Made by a program: the position numbers and the translations under genes
Shown: piece after piece, positions 23,922 through 48,730 of the stretch
Layout: every line of letters starts with the position of its first letter
How positions within the stretch are numbered: position 1 is the first letter of the stretch
The notes under the pieces: generated by a model
Seen by the model: only the letters and a program-made list of their open reading frames with translations
The model's database searches: none
What the model was told of the DNA's origin: nothing
Assembly: GCF_009914755.1 (NCBI RefSeq)
Contig: NC_060936.1
Origin: the human T2T-CHM13v2.0 reference genome, Homo sapiens
Direction: 5' to 3' (one strand)
Length of the DNA stretch: 64,000 bases

Positions 23922-26346
23922 GAAACTAAAACCTAGGAATCTGAGCTTCCCATTCAACAAGGTTATAATGAGCCCATGGGCTCTGGATGTCTAGGAAGGG
24001 CAAACTCCCAGGTCCCTCCCCAATTTTTGAGGTATTACAGGAAAAAACAGCTAATAGTTATCAAGTACCAGGTATAGATCTAAGCATTTTACATATGCGA
24101 CCTCATTTAACCTCAAAATAATACTATGAAGCAGCATTTTATATCTTTCAAATTGATTTCTTCATTTAATCCTCCTCAACTGCCCTCTAAAGTTAACAAG
24201 GGCATTTGACTGATGAGGAATCTTTGAAAGTGGGAAAAGATGAAACTAGATTTCTAGTAGAATTTTCTAAGTGGTAATGGTGGGAGCCCCTGCAAGGAGT
24301 TAGAGGATTCTCACTTCCTAGCAAGATCTTTTCTGACTCTAGGCTTCCAGATTGTGGGGGGTGGAGTGTGCTTTCCAGATCTTGATGAATGGCAGATAAA
24401 GATATGCATCAAGTTACTGATCAGGAGCAAGAAAATGGCACTCTGGTGTCTTTGAGAATGTTTCTAAGAAGTCTCTAGAGATAGAAACAATCACAGGATT
24501 GAGGATTACCTTAAATCTGCAAAGAGACCTTGACAGGCCAGAGGCAGAATTCTGAGTGAGTTAGCTCCCCTTTGTTTCTACCAACTGCTGGTCAGCAGCA
24601 GGAGAGAAGGAAATTAGATATATGGAGGGATTTATCTATTGTTTGGGGCTGATAGGAGAATCCTGCCTCCTGTGGGTAATAGTGAAGTTAATTCTTCTAT
24701 CACTGTAATCAGCAGGAGTTAGAGGTGTGAGTGGTAGTGTTAGTGGAGAGGGGGGATGGTAGTGAGGATGGGCTTGCCTGGAAGACCTCTGACCAGCTAG
24801 AAGAGCCTGAGATTTTGAGGGGGAGGAGATAATTTGCCAGACGGGTACTTGCGGAGAGGGTCCAAGTGTTTGGGCTCCAGCCTGGGGTGAAGTCAGAGAC
24901 ATAAATCACACCTTCCAACTGCCTGTTTCCGCTTTGAGCTCAGTTCCCAGCCAAAAGCCCAGCTAGCCTGCCAGAGGAGTAAGCGTGTGGATGGGGGAGG
25001 GGCCAAAGAGCTGGAAGCTGGTGATTGGGAATGGGCGTCATCAGCTGGGAATCTGGTCTCATCAGGGTCATGAAATGGACTCAATGCCAGGGCTGGTAGA
25101 GCAGGGAGCCCAAGGATCTCAACAGAACTGCTCTGTAGATACCTCATCCCACGTGAGACACACCCACAACCACACCCTGTTTGCTGAATTCTCCTCTCCC
25201 ACACATAAAAACCACTGGGACGTGCCTGGAGGCACAGACACCTACATAGACACACCCCCCACCCCCATCCAGCTGTTGCTCACTTGTGCCAGAAAACTCT
25301 ACGTCTCCTGGATGAGTAGACCTAGGAGAAATGAGTGCGGGTTGAGAGATAAGGAGGATCCTGGATCTTCATTAAGATCTGGAAACACTTTTCTCTAGTA
25401 ATCTTAAAGCCCTGTTCTGTGTCATCTTTTTGCCTTTCCCCACTGGGGATGGGTCTGGGTGATTTCCCTTCTCACTTTAGGAGAACCTCAGTGGTCTGTT
25501 GTCCTCTTGGTGGGCAGTGCCTGCTAATCACAGTGATGGCAGAGCAGGAGGCAAGAGATTGAGTGTGCATGTTGGGCGGGGTAGGTGTTTGAGGGCAGGA
25601 AATCCAGAAAGCCACTCAGACAATGGCCTTTTCCGCACGCTTGGGTCCAGGCTGCAGGCTGCTGGATCCTGTCTGACCCTAACAGCAGCTCCTATTTTTC
25701 CCTCTGGTTAGCTTCCCACTCAATGCTCATTTCGGGGCATATAGGAGAGGCAGGATTCCTTTGGAGGAAAGGTATCCTGTTCATCAGCCCTTTTCCAGGT
25801 GACTGTTCGGGTTGACCACAAGGATTTGGGGGCTTAAGTAACCTTATCAAGCCTGGGACCACCCCACCCATGCCTAGTGTCCTCTTAAATGTAGCATTTG
25901 TTATGGCCTCCTACATGGTACAGCTGTAAGCACTTTGACATCTTAAGGGAATCATGATGCTCTTATTTTGGGCTAAGTTTGCCCCATTTTGTTCTCTGAA
26001 TTGTCTGTTTGTATCCTATTAGACTGGAAACTTGAATGAAGCAAAGATTGTGTCTGTCAATTGGTACAGCCCCGGACTAGCATTAGGAAAATAATATGTC
26101 TTTTGATATTCAAGGTGACAAAATGATTACAATGAAGATAGAAGATCTTGGGAATGCTGGAATATATTTTTTCCTAGAAAAGTGGGGGTAGGTCACAGCT
26201 ACCATGGCCACTTAAATGGGGGTAAAATGACCCTGAGGTCTCCAATCTCTCCCTTCTCCTGTACCTGGGAGAACCAGAAAGCTTCTTTCTAATACACCTT
26301 CTGCTTTAGTCATTTGGGTCTCAGTGTCTCAGTATTGTCTCACTAA

Positions 26347-27110
<764 letters not shown>

Positions 27111-27304
27111 TTCCCCAGCTCATTCTAAATCTCAGCAATGTGCCACTATTCTGAAGTCCTAGGCTTATAGTCTGGAGTACATGGTCTAGCACTTAATTAT
27201 CCAGTGTATTAATAAAGTCCTTGTATAATTTAGAAATTGAATACATTTGAATGCACCTATGATAGAAGCAACTCTAAATATTTTATGAAAGCATGTTCCA
27301 TAGA

Positions 27305-28300
27305 ATTTTTTTTTTTTTTTTTTAGACTGAGTCTCGCTCTGTTGTCCAGGCTGGAGTGCAATGACACGATCTTGGCTCACTGCAATGTCCGCCACCTGGG
27401 TTCAATGATTCTCCTGCCTCAGCCTCTTGAGTAGCTGGGATTATAGGCACGCGCCACCACCCCCAGCTAATTTTTGTATTTTTAGTAGAGACGGGGTTTC
27501 ACCATGTTGGTCAGGCTGGTCTCGAACTCCTGACCTTGTGATCTGCCTGGCTCAGCCTCGCAAAGTGCTGGGATTACAGGCGTGAGCCACTGCGCCTGGC
27601 CAGAATTTTTAATGATAATGTTTGCTTTTTGTTAATGTGCTTTTATTTTATACAGGGAAGTCATCTGAAAAGACTTGAGTTTGAAAGTTGCCTCCCTTAC
27701 TTAACAGATATGTAACCTTGGCAAGTTACTTAACCTCCTTGGGTCTCAATATCTTCACCTGTAAAATGGCAGTAATATCTTTCTCATAGATTTGTTGGGA
27801 TAATTAAACTAATATACTATATGTATGGTTACAGTACTTGGTTATAAATATTAAAGCCTCATTCTGTCTGTTGATAAATCTGAAATCTATTTAAACTCTG
27901 ATGTGCTCTCTGTAATGTTGTTTTTTGTTTTGTTTTTTTGAGATGGAGTCTCACTCTGTCGCCCAGGCTGGAGTGCAGTGGCGTGATCTTGGCTCACTGC
28001 AACCTCTGCCTCCTGGGTTTCAAGTGTTTCTCGTGCCTTAGCCTCCCGGGTAGCTGGGATTGAATGGAATGTATTTTATAGATCAAGTCTCAGCACAAAC
28101 ACTGATTCCTCCAAGAAGCATTCATTAATTCCCCACCCAGTACTCCTGATTTCACTAGTCACAGCATCTACCCCACTATATTGTATTTTCCTGTTTGTCT
28201 CTCCTTTTAGACTAAGTTCTGTGAGGTAAGGATCTTGTTTACTTCTGTTTTTCCACTGCCAAGTACGTTGCCTGGCTAAACAAATATTTGAATAAACTGA
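27305..28300. mobile_element. Reverse AluS (27305-27601), MIR, truncated Alu (~27918-28061), L2 fragment
   Basis: Recognisable Alu arms and MIR/L2 cores. Confidence 0.75.
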
Positions 28301-28519
28301 ACCTGTTTTTAAAGCAATGGTAAACATAACACAGCAACATTACAAAACTAATTTCTGAATTGTGTGACATTGTTTTTTACAACGTAGTCTTCTAGCAAGA
28401 TAGCGTTTCTTACTATCATGTTTTTAATTTGCATCTAATTATTGAATTGGATCCAGAGATGTGGTCCAATTACTTGTTAACTTTTGTCACCTGACCTGTC
28501 CCCACAAATTATATTTTAT

Positions 28520-29730
28520 AAGTGTGGCAGAGACCACTCATTCTCATCATCCTGTCTCTTCTTCCTTTTAATAATATGACTCTGCTACCCTGCTATCCAC
28601 ACACTAAATCTTAGCAGGGTGCATGGCTGCCAGCTAGATACTACACTGTCCAGTCTGTCTTGCAATTACAGGTGGTCCCATAACTACGTTCTGGTCAATG
28701 GAATGTGAGTGAAGCAATGTGTGTAACTTCTGGGTCATGTCTTTAAAGAGGAAAAGTAGTTGCTCTCTCACTCTTTCATCCTTCTGCTTGCTATGACATG
28801 GTGACACATTAAGCAGCCACCATGGACCCAGAGATGCAAGCCTTTTCTACCAAAGACCATCTGCTCCATATATCTCTGTACTATTACTTTATTTGAAGTA
28901 AGAGGGTCACTATATTTGTGGGTTTCTTTGTTATAGCAGCATGGCTAACATCCTTTGAATGAAAATTAAGATAACCATATAATTCATTAAATCCCTTAGC
29001 CTACTCTGAAGAATGTTTTCAAGGAGTGCAAAAAAAAAAACCAAGTTTCAATGAAAATAGCGTTTACTGAAGTCACTTATTCAATGGCATTTTGTGAAAA
29101 ACTATGAAATTTATTCTATCATGAGCATATTCAAAGTTCTTGTAGGTTTATAAACATACTAGCTCTTCTATTTAGCGTTACTTTTTATCATAACTTTGAA
29201 ATCCCAGATAGATTATGTGGTAGCCTCCAAGATGGCCTCATTGACCCTCCTCTCTTGGTATTCATGCCCTTTGTGTTTTCTCTTCCTACACTGAATGATG
29301 GCTGGCCCATGTAACCAACACAATACTGTAGAAGTGACATGTGTAACTTCTAACATGAAATCATAAGAGACATTGCAGTTTCCACCATGGTCTCTCTCTT
29401 GGATCTCTTGCCAGCCACCAAGCAGCCCTATGGAGAGGCCAATGTGGAGAGAAACTGAGGCCTTCCACCAAAAGCCAGCACCAACTTGCTATCCATGTGA
29501 GTGAACCAGCTTGCAGTACAGAGTGGTCAACCCCAGTCAAGCTTTCAGATAACTACAAGCCTAGTTGACATCTTGACTACAACTTCAAGAGAGACATCAA
29601 GGCAGAACTGCTTCGCTAAACTGCTCTTGAATTCTTGACCCACAGAAACTGAGAGAGAGAATAAATATTTATTGTTGTTTCAAGTAACTACATCCTGGGG
29701 GTAACTTCTTATGTATAGATAATATATACC
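28520..29730 (+). mobile_element. Two old solo LTRs: ERVL/MaLR-type (~28520-28950) and MLT1-type (~29216-29730)
   Basis: TG start, ttctggtcaatggaatgtgag motif, gagaaactgaggcc and aataaa...ttgtttcaag 3' motifs typical of MaLR/ERVL LTRs; subfamily not resolved. Confidence 0.65.
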
Positions 29731-30407
29731 ATAAATTTCTTGAAAGTAAGATTCATGTCTTACTTATTTTACCTCAAGTTATTATATCAACTACTCTCCC
29801 ACCCCTAACCTAGGTGATTAGAGCATACTACAACATCTGATACATAAGAAGTGAAATGATATTCTCTTTGAAATTCAGCATAAGGCAACTCAATGAGAGA
29901 AAACAAGATATTAATTAGTCTGACTAGCTTTTCTTCCCTGAGGGCATTTAAGATTTCTCAGGGTGGAGGTGAGGACAAGTGGTAGAACTCAGTTCTCAGA
30001 TGACTATTGTTACTTGTCATACTGGAATCTCCCCAAATTCTCTGTTCTCAATAGTTGAATATTTTCTTCAGCCTGGTTGTATATGAAAGCTCTGGTAAAT
30101 GGAATGTTTCCAATATCCTATGGAAACTCACCTGGGCAAAGGAAGTGAATCAATGTCTGGAGGGAAAGTAAAGGCATTCCTCTCTTCACAGGATAAATTC
30201 AGGCACAGGTCCTTTACCAGGGACCAGGTGAACACTCAACAGGCAGGAAGAATTAACAGAGTCAGCCCATTGCAAATATAAAGGGGCAGGAAGAGACTCT
30301 AGTGAGAAAGGGCAGCTGCTGGTGGTGGCGGTGGTGGGGTTGGGTGGGCAGTGGAGCAGAGATCAGAGACATATCGGCCTTAGACCCAAAATTTATCTCT
30401 ATATATT

Positions 30408-31009
<602 letters not shown>

Positions 31010-32623
31010 TTGATACATATTAATATAATGAATATTACCCAGATGAGCATCACTTTCTTTTTAAAATAGTAGTTTTAGATTCTTTTGGTTACAAGGCTGA
31101 CTGGAGCCTCCAGCCTTCTCACTCTACAAAAGATTAGGAGATCTGGATCTCTGATATTCAAATCCCTGTAGTGGGTCCCCAGTGGTGGGAAACAGATAGT
31201 GGGAAAGGGACATTGGGAGCTCAGAACTTTCATTTTCCCACTCCTTTAGTACTCGGTTCCCTTAGCTCAGACATAGCTTATGTCTGGGGTCACATGGGGT
31301 TCTGTGGGTGCTAGACTGGTCAACTTCAACAAGGCAAAGTCATTACTTCTCAGAACTGAACAGCAGATGTTGGAGGAGGACAATATTCTAGATATCATCT
31401 AGCCCAATGTCCTCATTTTAAGCAAGGCCCAGAGAAAGGGAATGACTTGCCCAAGGTCATACAGCTGATGTGGGATAGAATTCAGGTGTCTTTATTCCAA
31501 GTCAGCTCTTTCCATCATGCCACATTTGCTTTCATTCAGTAGGATAAAATAACATACCATTTTATCCTACTGACTCCCAACTTCCAGTTCTGGGTTGGGA
31601 AGGGTCAATTTCCAGACTTTTCTTTTCCAAGGATAGGACGAAGAGACTTTGCTACTATTTTCAGGCAAAATAGAGCATTGCCCCCTTTCCCTGCCTCTCT
31701 TTCCTCTGTTGTTTTCAATGAGGAACTGAGTCTATTTCTCTACAGGCAGGAGGTCTCTCAAGTTCTGAGCTCCATTCAGTTTGTGGCAGGGAAGCTGATA
31801 GGTGCAATGCTGTGGGATGCCCTTCACCTTGGCAGGCTGATTGTACCCAACTGGTGGTCATGGCCTAGTGCCCATTGGCAGGCAGGGTGTCCACTCATGC
31901 ATTAACTTGATGCCAGATGGCTGGCTGAATACCTATAGTGCATCTTGTCTGGTCTGCTGTTCCCGGTTTGTGTCACTTTTAGATTTGTGTATGTGTGAGA
32001 ATTTTAGGAGGGTGGTCCCTCCATGGATTTAAGATACTGGCATTTCCAGATTGGCAGAAGGGAGGACACCTTACTGCCAACCTAGAATCTGTGCTGAATA
32101 GCACAGGACCTGGACTTCAGGAAAGTTCTTCAAATGTCTCTGTGATCTCTCTCTTCCCAACTTTCCCCCACTGTAGAGTTCTTGATGTCACTCCTCCCTA
32201 CGTGGTATGTACCTCCGTCTCAGCCAAAGTGTCTAAGAATGGGAAGGCAGAGAAGTGAGGTATGTGTGGGTTAGGATGAGTGGACTGGGAAGCAGAAAAG
32301 GCACGCTGCTTACTCTTTCCCACAGACTTCAGAAGACTCTGGAAGCTATCTAGTGCCCTAAAATTTCCACTGCAGTCCCAGACAACCTTAGACTATATCT
32401 CCACCTACTGGACACCAAGGAGGTTGACAACACTGTCTCAGTTTTTTTCTTTAGAACTAGCATAGAGTCTAAAAAAACCTCATCAATACTCTACATTTAT
32501 CCCAAGGTTAAATCATTCCCTCTCAGAATTTGTTGAAGCTATGGGGGCAGATTGACTGCCTTTTCAGGGAGACTGGGTACTAGGGAGACTTGGGTACAAT
32601 TTCCCCCATACACTGCTTTCTCA

Positions 32624-33041
<418 letters not shown>

Positions 33042-33790
33042 CTATTCACCTCCTATGCTCATAGACAGAAAACAGCAGGTAGGTGGGGTTAGATCAGAGG
33101 GTCCTTGTTAGCCTTAGGGCAAGGGGAAAGCAATCTTAAAGAATTGCCTTTTCCTCGTCTCTCTGTCTGCCACCTGACTCAGATATGGGAGACACTGGGG
33201 GTGTCCTCTACTGTTCTTTTCACATCCACCAGCAGTTCTCTTCCTATGCTCATTAGCAAAGACAATTCCATTAGAACCCATTAACAATCATTTTGTCCAT
33301 GCTGAAACCATGGGCTAGCTATTCACCAAAGTCCCTGGGCTATATCTTCAGAAGTGAAGGTTGTATATAAGTAGTGACAGCTCTCAAATGAATCCTTTAT
33401 TGGTGAAATGGGGACGATGTCAATACATATCCTCAAAATTGATCAGGGTGCACAATAATATCAATTTATGGAGGTTACAGCACTAGGAAAACAATTTACA
33501 TCAGATCCAGAAATTTACTCTCCTTCTCCAGCTGAACATCTAACATGGTTAAGTAAGAAGCAGTCATTTCTTTTTTATTTTTTGGATGTCTGGTTTTCAC
33601 TTAAAACATGCCCTTTAAATATCTTTCAAATTTTTGTTTTAAAGGGAAGGAGTCAAGAAGAAATTAAGACAATGTTGGGGATCATCTTATGCTACATACA
33701 GTTCATGTCATTTCTGTATTACGTATCTTCAGTTTATTCATTATAGTTAAGATATATTGAGTGTTTACCGTTAAAACTCTTAAAAACTGA

Positions 33791-34536
<746 letters not shown>

Positions 34537-34634
34537 TAAAGAACTTGGGTCCTTAAAAATTCAAATAGTATAATTATCTTCCTTCCTAATTTTAGTATTT
34601 TAGTATATTCCTAAAAGCCTTCATTCAATAATAT

Positions 34635-34825
34635 GTGGTTTCAGAAACTATTGTGCATACGAATTAATATAAGGGGTACTGCTAAAAATAGATGCCTGTG
34701 TGCTGCTTCCAAATATTCTGATTCAGGAAACCTGGATCAAAGCCTAGGAATCTGCATTTTTAAAGCAAGCCCCTAAAATAATTGTGATGTAGGTGACAGT
34801 TGAACTATGCTTTGGGAAACACTGC
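34635..34825. mobile_element. MER5-like hAT DNA transposon fragment
   Basis: gaatctgcatttttaa...tttgggaaacactg terminal motif. Confidence 0.6.
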
Positions 34826-36229
34826 CTTTGATTATGAATGGTATTATGGTAGGGCTGTAACTAAAACAAATCTTCGTGTGTCCATCTCATTTAATTGGCT
34901 CCACATAGCAACAGATACAACACTGGGGTTTCTATCGTTCTTGGCTAAGAACTAAACCCTGCTCATTCACTTATTTATTTATATATTCTGCAGCAAGGAG
35001 AGGTAGCCCTGGGGCCTGTCTGTTAAAAGCCCTTAGAAAAGAGGCTATTACATTAAAAAAAATTTTTTTTTCTTTCTCCTAACCTGAAACATCTCTGTGC
35101 AAAGGTTTGGTTAAGGCTGTACAATTTGACATGTTAGCCCTGGTGATTCTGCAGTTCTTCAAAGGAGAGGGCTGAGAAGCAGCTGTTATTTTTTTCTACC
35201 TTTTGACATGCACAATGCATGGGGCAGGGTAAGGGAGGAGAGTCAAGGGACTAAGCTGGAGTTAGTAAACAAGCTTTGAAGCACAATAAAAAAGCATATT
35301 GGCAGGGGAGAAATCAAGGGCTATGTAATACCACAGCATCCTCTGAAGACAGCAGCAGTCGCTCCTGGATCGTCTCTATTTTTGGGGAAATAACAACAAC
35401 AAAACAGTACTGGCAAACTGTCCCTCCGCTAACATCTGAAGGTTTGTCTGAAAATGTTCTGAAAAGCAGTTCACACCGGAGAAGCAAGAGAATGAAGGGC
35501 AAGTCTTGAAGGAAAAAAAGAAATTAGGGCAAAAACTCAGCAAGTACCTCAAATAGCCCAGAGGAAGTTGCAGGGACTTAGCGGAAAGCTCCATTTAATC
35601 TCTGGCCCAGCTAACATAGCCTAGAGGACACTTTCAATGTACTTTTTTTTTTTTTTTGGTAACAAGCCTAGCTTTTGAGGTTGTGATGAGCCCTTCCAGC
35701 TCCTAGAATCAGTGATGGTTCTTTGAAGAATTTTTTCCCTGCTTAACTTCTGGGGACAGATTAACTAAAACCCCCAATTGGGAAATTAGGGAACTCCAAA
35801 GCTGCTCTGTGTGTTTAAAAAAACTACATTTGACTCAATATGGTCAGGGCAAAAACCCTTCCTTTTCTAGGTTACTTTCTCCTCCCACTGCTTCTCTCAC
35901 CTCATCTGGATGGCCTCAGAGAATATTTTAAGGTTGACAGGAAAATTTTACAGAATGATCAAAAGTAAAGCAAGCCCTAGAAATGGTTGCATAATTTTCC
36001 TTTTCATTATAAAAATACTTTTTTTCAATTGAATAACTAAAAAACATGAAATTTTATTGTTGGACTGAACCTTACAGGTCATCTAGTTCAATTTGTTCAT
36101 TTTATAGAAGACAGGATTAAGGCACAGAATGTTTAACTGACATTTCCAAGGTCACAGGGCTCATCTTAGACTCAATATGTTTGTCTGACTGCTAGTTCAA
36201 TGTTACCTCTCAACTGCTTTCATAATCAC

Positions 36230-36518
36230 TTTTTTTGAGACAGGGTTTCATTCTGTTGGCCAGGCTGGAGTGCAATAGTGCAATTATAGCTCACTGCAGC
36301 CTGAAACTCCTGGGCTCAAGGGATCCTCTCGCCTCAGTCTGTAGCTGGAACTATAGGCAAATGCCACCATGCCTGGCTAATTTTTAAATTTTTTTTTTTC
36401 TCGTGGAGACGGTCTCGCTATGTTGCTGAGGCTGGTCTTGAACTCCTGGCCTCAAGTGATTCTCCCACGCTGGCCACCTAAAGGGTTGTGATTACAGGCT
36501 TGAGCCACTGTGCCTGGG
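36230..36518 (-). mobile_element. AluJ
   Basis: Diverged reverse Alu dimer. Confidence 0.85.
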
Positions 36519-36694
36519 TATAACCACTTTTGTCAAGTAGGTTTGCCTGTCCATTTAGTACTCAACTACTATAGTAACAGTTTTTTTTTTGTGGGGGTGG
36601 TTTGGGGGGTGGTTTGGCATATGGTACATATTTCTCTGAGCTTTGAAAATAACTAATTTCCTTCCAAAAAAAAAAAGAGAGACTTACCTCAATC

Positions 36695-36829
36695 TTTTTT
36701 TCTTCTTTTTTTTTTCTTTTATTATTATTATACTTTAAGTTTTAGGGTACATGTGCACAATGTGCAGGTTAGTTGCATATGTATACATGTGCCATGCTGG
36801 TGTGCTGCACCCATTAACTCATCATTTAC
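36695..36829 (-). mobile_element. Severely 5'-truncated L1PA 3' end
   Basis: ttattatactttaagttttagggtacatgtgcacaatgtgcagg...cccattaactcatcattta is the primate L1 3' terminus; T-tail; TSD ttac(c/t)tcaatctt. Confidence 0.9.
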
Positions 36830-37330
36830 TTCAATCTTATTATGAAAGTAAACACTCAAAAACCCCAACACACCCTAGAGCAAACTCTCAATGCTCCAGG
36901 TACTGATTATCCAGTTTCCTTTATTCTCTCTTCTGTGGACCATGTACTTGGATGTTTACATTAGTCAGTAGCTCTATAAAAAGTCTGATATTACATATGT
37001 TGTTGGACTGTGTGGCAGTTTCCTGATCTCTAGATTGTAGCTATGGTGCTATCTTCTTAAACTTAGTATTCCAGTGGTCATCAGAGGCTGTAGCTCCTTT
37101 GGTGAGTTAGTTCAGTAGTGTTCTGAGAGTCATTCCTAGAGGTCTCACATATAGCCTGCTCCTTCAGCTATTCAAATGATTTTGTAAGTACCTAATTTTC
37201 TATATTAAATTCCCTTTCTGCTTAAAATATCAAGAGTGGTTTCTGTTTCCTTCTAAACCCTGAAAGATACAAGCATTAAGAAGCTAATTACAACACAACT
37301 CAGTAAGTATTATTAAAAAAAGAGTGAACG

Positions 37331-37881
<551 letters not shown>

Positions 37882-38192
37882 CTAGACTATGAATAGGATG
37901 GGGAGAGATGAGGCTGTAGCAATCATAAAATACAGTGGGGTTAAGAGTGCTGCCTTTAGGGGTAGCAGACATGACTCCAGTTCTGGTTTCTCCATATAGT
38001 AACTAAACAACTCTGGTCAAATCTTGTAAGTTTGAGGACTTTCAGCTTCCTTATTTATCAAGGAAGGACTTGTATCTTTACTTGTAGGCACAGTATCCAC
38101 TTTATTATGTGGAATTAAATGTGACATGCATATGAAGTACATTGTATAGTACTTGGTGCATACCAAGTGCTCATAAGCCTTTGCTATTACTC

Positions 38193-44013
<5,821 letters not shown>

Positions 44014-45675
44014 TAAAGCTAAAACAGACTCCTTTGTCGAAATCTGCAGTTCAACAAAAGGATATCTCAGTGGAGCTTCTAATTTCAAGAACAAGACTTT
44101 CAATTCCTTTCAATTTGCATCTCTACTATAAAGATCTACTCTAGAGAAAACTAACACAAGGAGCTAAATCTAAGCCCCAGACCCTGTCCAATGAAAACAT
44201 ATGATTTTCTGTAACTATGCTTGATAACCTAGAAGGAACAGAGTAAAACATGGTGGGCTTCACTTAACTTGGGAATTGGTAAAGCAGAGACAGTAGAACA
44301 ATAGGGGCGGGGGTCAAGGGGATTCAGGATGCTGGTCTGAGGCAACAACTGAAACAGACAAACTTGAAAAAACTTACTTTATTTCAGTGACAAGTATTTT
44401 AATAAAAATTAAGAGGCATGGTTGGGTTCATAAGCAGTGGTTTTCAATAAACCTGATTTCCTCCTTACATATATAAAACAACTAAACTTGTCTTCTATAG
44501 GTTTCCTCAAAGTCTCTTACACTATTTTAGTTTCATATAAACCAGTCTTTAAGGTAAATACCAATGCAAATCTGTTGACCAAATAGCTGTTCTTTGGGTT
44601 ACTGTTTAGGATGCTGTTCTTCCTAGCTACAAACAATCCTATATTTCATTTTTGTCTGACCTGTTAACAAGTTTATGAGTTAAATGAGTTGGATCAGGCA
44701 GTGAATTGCTGTGTAAAAGGCAAATGCCCTGTTCATACACAGGTTTGCATTTATCAGACCTTAGTGTGGCTGGAATGGAAAGTCAGCTGAGGGGTAGTAT
44801 GAGGTAACAGGTTAGTGTGTTTTCAGTGATCTCTGAAGAGGCCAACACTGTAAAGTAGGATGTAAATATGTTCTGAACCTTAACAGTATCAGGAAGACAG
44901 TGGTCAAAGGAATGAGCAGTTGTTATAGTATTTTTGCATGAAATTTAGGTAGTTTTTCCTTATTCTACCATTGAACTGGCACATGAAAATGCGTATTTTC
45001 CTAGATGTCTAAGGCCAGTCCAGTTTTAATCATTTAAAATACAGTATATAAATTGCTTTAATTTTTACAACTTGCTTCTTTAAAAATGGTAAAAATAAGT
45101 ATAATATTATCTCCTCAGTTTTTGCCTATTTTGGAGTTTAATATGAATTGTGAAAAGTACAACTAAAGGAATACAAGAATGCCAGTACAGTATATACTGT
45201 ACATTTTGTCTGAGAGACAAACACAAGCAGCTACTGTTCTGCCTTACCAATGAAAGGGCATTATTTGAAATTAAGTCCAAATACTCTCCTTGTTTAGCTC
45301 AGGTACAACTACCAGGAGAGCTAAGCATCACTTATCACCTACATTTGTTTTTTCCTGGTGAGAGCATTTGCAAATCACAATGGCACTTGTAGAACCCCTA
45401 TGGAGAAAGGCAATCTTCCAAAAAGCAAATCCTCTCCTTGGGTAGAGTGTGGAAACCCTGGAGGAGACTAAAATGCAGGACTCAAAGCTTAGATCTCTCT
45501 GGGCTAAGCTTTTGAAATACCTCTGCATTTAACCTTTAACCATAACACTTGACTTTAGCTGAAACTGAGGCAGAATATTCAACTGTTTACCTTCCACTGT
45601 TCACATTCCAAAGGAAGGGTATCCTTTGAAAAGGAAGGTCCCAAAGATAAGCAAGCTTTCCCTCCCAAGAACCAT

Positions 45676-47918
<2,243 letters not shown>

Positions 47919-48534
47919 TGGTCTGGGGAGATTATAAAGTCTCCTTATAAGAATCCACAAGATGCTAGGATAGCCAGAGCTTTGGGTGTTTCAGAAATCT
48001 AAGTCGTTACACGCATATCCCAGGGCAGTCAGCAGGGCCTTTACACATTTAAACTCCGAAGCTTAATCAAATTTCACACACAGGTGGAAAGCCCATCTCT
48101 TCTCCACAGGTATACTTCCTCCCCTCCATTCCAATCTTAATTCCTACATAATCCACACTTAGATTGACTGCTAGTACAATTTCTAGCTGGAATGTGGGGA
48201 GATGAATAAAACTACCCTAGGTTGGATAGGCAGTAAGATGTCCTAAAGACTATAAATAAGAATGGAGTATTTTGCTTTATAAATGTTATCAGTATCTTAG
48301 AGAATGGATAAACAGATGCACTGATCAGAAAAAGTCCATTGCTACAAACACTAAAAGGAATTTGGTCCATGTGTGTCAGAGAACACAAATACACAGTTAC
48401 CTTTTCTAACCCAAGTTTCCTGTCTATTTCAGTTAGATCCTTTAAGAAAACTTTAAATCATTATGGTTCATTAATGTGGAATTGGACATGATCTCTGATC
48501 TTGGGGCTGCAGGTACTTGACCAAACTATTAAGC

Positions 48535-48730
48535 AATCTGTATCAAAGGTTTATTTGGAAGCTTCTGAGTATGAGGGTTCTTGCATTAAATGAGGATTCA
48601 AGGGGGGAGGAAAAAAGTGTGCTTGTCAGTTTGGAAAGTCACAGGGAGTTTACCATTCTATAATTAGATTAGGAGGAAAATGAGAACCCACTGGTAGAAG
48701 AAGAAGCAACAGTCTTCTAGGGTCTGGCAT
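48535..48730 (-). other. GTSF1: GTSF1 terminal 3'UTR-only exon (3' end approximate)
   Basis: Strong acceptor ttttttttctccatttacttgcag| at 48731; AATAAA near its 3' end. Confidence 0.85.
48550..48555 (-). terminator. GTSF1: GTSF1 polyadenylation signal AATAAA
   Basis: Plus-strand tttatt at 48550-48555 within the terminal exon. Confidence 0.8.

Noticed and set aside
31740-32260. Unique segment with plus-strand splice-like sites and a minus-strand WHQV motif
   Set aside because: Could be an antisense lncRNA exon or a LamG-like scrap, but the motif is too short and in-frame stops are present; unsupported.
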